This document shows, in pieces, positions 16,413-17,598 of a DNA stretch of 17,598 nt (its first letter is position 1; each line of letters begins with the position of its first letter). The stretch is from assembly GCA_964549305.1 (NCBI GenBank), contig CAZJVM010000049.1:1-17598 (forward strand), in the 5' to 3' direction. The DNA is from an uncultured bacterium. Lineage in GTDB: Bacteria; Schekmanbacteria; GWA2-38-11; J061. The translations under genes and the position numbers were made by a program. Below the pieces are notes generated by a model. The model ran no database searches, had not been told where the DNA came from, and saw only the letters and a program-made list of their open reading frames with translations.

Positions 16413-17474
16413 ATGGAATACAGACGTCTCGGACGCACGGGGCTTGAAGTTTCGGCAATTTCTTTCGGCGGACTCCCAACCACATTTATGCCTAAGGAAG
16501 AAGTTATTCCCCTCATAAACGCTGCCATCGATTCAGGGATAAACTACTTTGACCTTGACGAGGGACCTGCACAGTTCAGTGATGAAAATGCTTACAGGGA
16601 CAGCGCGGCGAAGATGGGAGAAGTTCTGAAGGAAAGAAGAGATGAAGTTTATGTCGGCGTCAAGACAATGAAGAAAAAAAAATCTGAAGTCCTTGAAGAT
16701 ATAGACAAGGCGCTCAACCTCATATTCAAGGGAACTTCAAGAGAGGTGATAGATATATTTCATCTTGCCTTCGTGGATTATGATGAAAGTCTTAATGAAA
16801 TTTCGGGACCTGACGGCGGTATCGCCGCATTGGAGGAAGCGAAGAAGCAGGGACTCATAGACTACACCCTTGTGGCGGGACATAACTATCCCGTGCTTGT
16901 AAAGGCAATCGAAACAGGCGCATTTGATGCCGTTGAATTTCCCTTTAATATAATTGAGTGCGATGTTGAGGAAAAGCTGATTCCCCTTGCCCAAAAACTT
17001 GATATTGGCACAATTGTTATGAAACCATTCGGAGGCGGACAATTCGGTGAAATTGCCACGGCACAAATGAAATGGCTTTATTCAAAACCGGTATCCTGCA
17101 TAATTCCCGGCACAAAGAATGTAGAAGAGTTGAAAAAGAATATTGCCGTTGCCCAATCGGGAGAAGCACTTACAGATGAGGAAAACTCAAAGCTTCTTGA
17201 ATTCAAGGAAAGAATGGGAAACCGCTACTGCCACAGATGCGGTTACTGCCTGCCCTGCCCTCAGGGACTGCGAATTTTCGGGCTTTTGGATATTCTCAAT
17301 GCCGGTGTACTGAGCTATGATAAGAAAAAAATCGCCTATCTTCAGGCAATCGATAAGGGAACTCTCGAGCCAGCGTCAAACTGCGTTGCCTGCAAGGAAT
17401 GCGAATCCCGATGTCCCTATGACCTCCCTATTGCAGATATGATGAAGGAAATGGTGGAGAAGTTCGGAGTTTAG
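16413..17474 (+). CDS. Aldo/keto reductase family protein with C-terminal 2x[4Fe-4S] domain (COG1453-like)
   Basis: YRRLGRTGLEVSAISFGG, GINYFD, MKPFGGG, IPG. Cys motifs CHRCGYCLPCP and CVACKECESRCP. AAGGAG SD at 16398-16403. Confidence 0.92.
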   Translation: MEYRRLGRTGLEVSAISFGGLPTTFMPKEEVIPLINAAIDSGINYFDLDEGPAQFSDENAYRDSAAKMGEVLKERRDEVYVGVKTMKKKKSEVLEDIDKALNLIFKGTSREVIDIFHLAFVDYDESLNEISGPDGGIAALEEAKKQGLIDYTLVAGHNYPVLVKAIETGAFDAVEFPFNIIECDVEEKLIPLAQKLDIGTIVMKPFGGGQFGEIATAQMKWLYSKPVSCIIPGTKNVEELKKNIAVAQSGEALTDEENSKLLEFKERMGNRYCHRCGYCLPCPQGLRIFGLLDILNAGVLSYDKKKIAYLQAIDKGTLEPASNCVACKECESRCPYDLPIADMMKEMVEKFGV

Positions 17475-17541
17475 TTTAATTATTTAATATATACGTATGT
17501 TCATTCTTTTGCTTGTCCATATTATTTCTACTTTTCCCTGC

Positions 17542-17572
17542 TGTCATTGTCCGGCACTGACCGGACAATCCA
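17542..17572. repeat. REP-like palindrome TGTC-ATTGTCCGG-CACTGA-CCGGACAAT-CCA (CGTC/TGTC-type REP); may also act as a terminator hairpin
   Basis: 9-bp perfect stem (17546-17554 / 17561-17569), 6-nt loop, flanked by TGTC and CCA. This is the architecture of GTCATT...AATCCA repeats (Neisseria dRS3-like, Rickettsia RPE-like). Lies 67 nt after the AKR stop. Confidence 0.7.
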
Positions 17573-17598
17573 TTTGTTAATGTTTCTGAGTAAAGGGG

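Noticed and set aside
102-17066. Numerous 60-156 aa ORFs in the track (e.g. 102..404, 2128..2499, 6516..6884, 10501..10971, 14429..14833, 16737..17066)
   Set aside because: They lie antisense to or out of frame within well-supported genes and show no recognisable motifs. They are shadow ORFs.
1-17598. CRISPR array, tRNA/rRNA, IS or prophage, defence system
   Set aside because: No regularly spaced repeats, cloverleafs, transposase, integrase or phage genes were seen. Intergenic gaps are short (largest about 320 bp) and explained by promoters.

Overview
Gene-dense, moderately AT-rich bacterial chromosomal segment with 13 CDSs (one runs off the 5' edge). I saw no rRNA, tRNA, CRISPR array or transposase. 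Layout: a minus-strand YbhGFS-like efflux operon (HlyD-family adaptor, ABC ATPase, ABC-2 permease); a stand-alone hisC; a tightly packed minus-strand operon of fused trehalose-6-P synthase/phosphatase (TPSP), prokaryotic cation-chloride cotransporter (SLC12/CCC), DASS/SLC13 transporter and pyruvate kinase; a divergently transcribed TldD-family metalloprotease with a signal peptide; a translationally coupled minus-strand operon of an alanine-dehydrogenase-like protein, a family I CoA-transferase and a DUF3343 protein; a divergent aldo/keto reductase with a 2x[4Fe-4S] domain; and a REP-like palindrome. Main observations, all from residue-level reading: (1) the TPSP has an intact synthase domain but about six substituted phosphatase active-site positions, suggesting a T6P-producing pseudophosphatase fusion co-transcribed with an NKCC-like transporter and a K+-independent pyruvate kinase; (2) the Ald homologue lacks the substrate-binding Lys75 and appears to be expressed from a leaderless mRNA; (3) the TldD looks exported and has no adjacent TldE. 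Motif comparisons rely on recalled family consensus and need confirmation by alignment.
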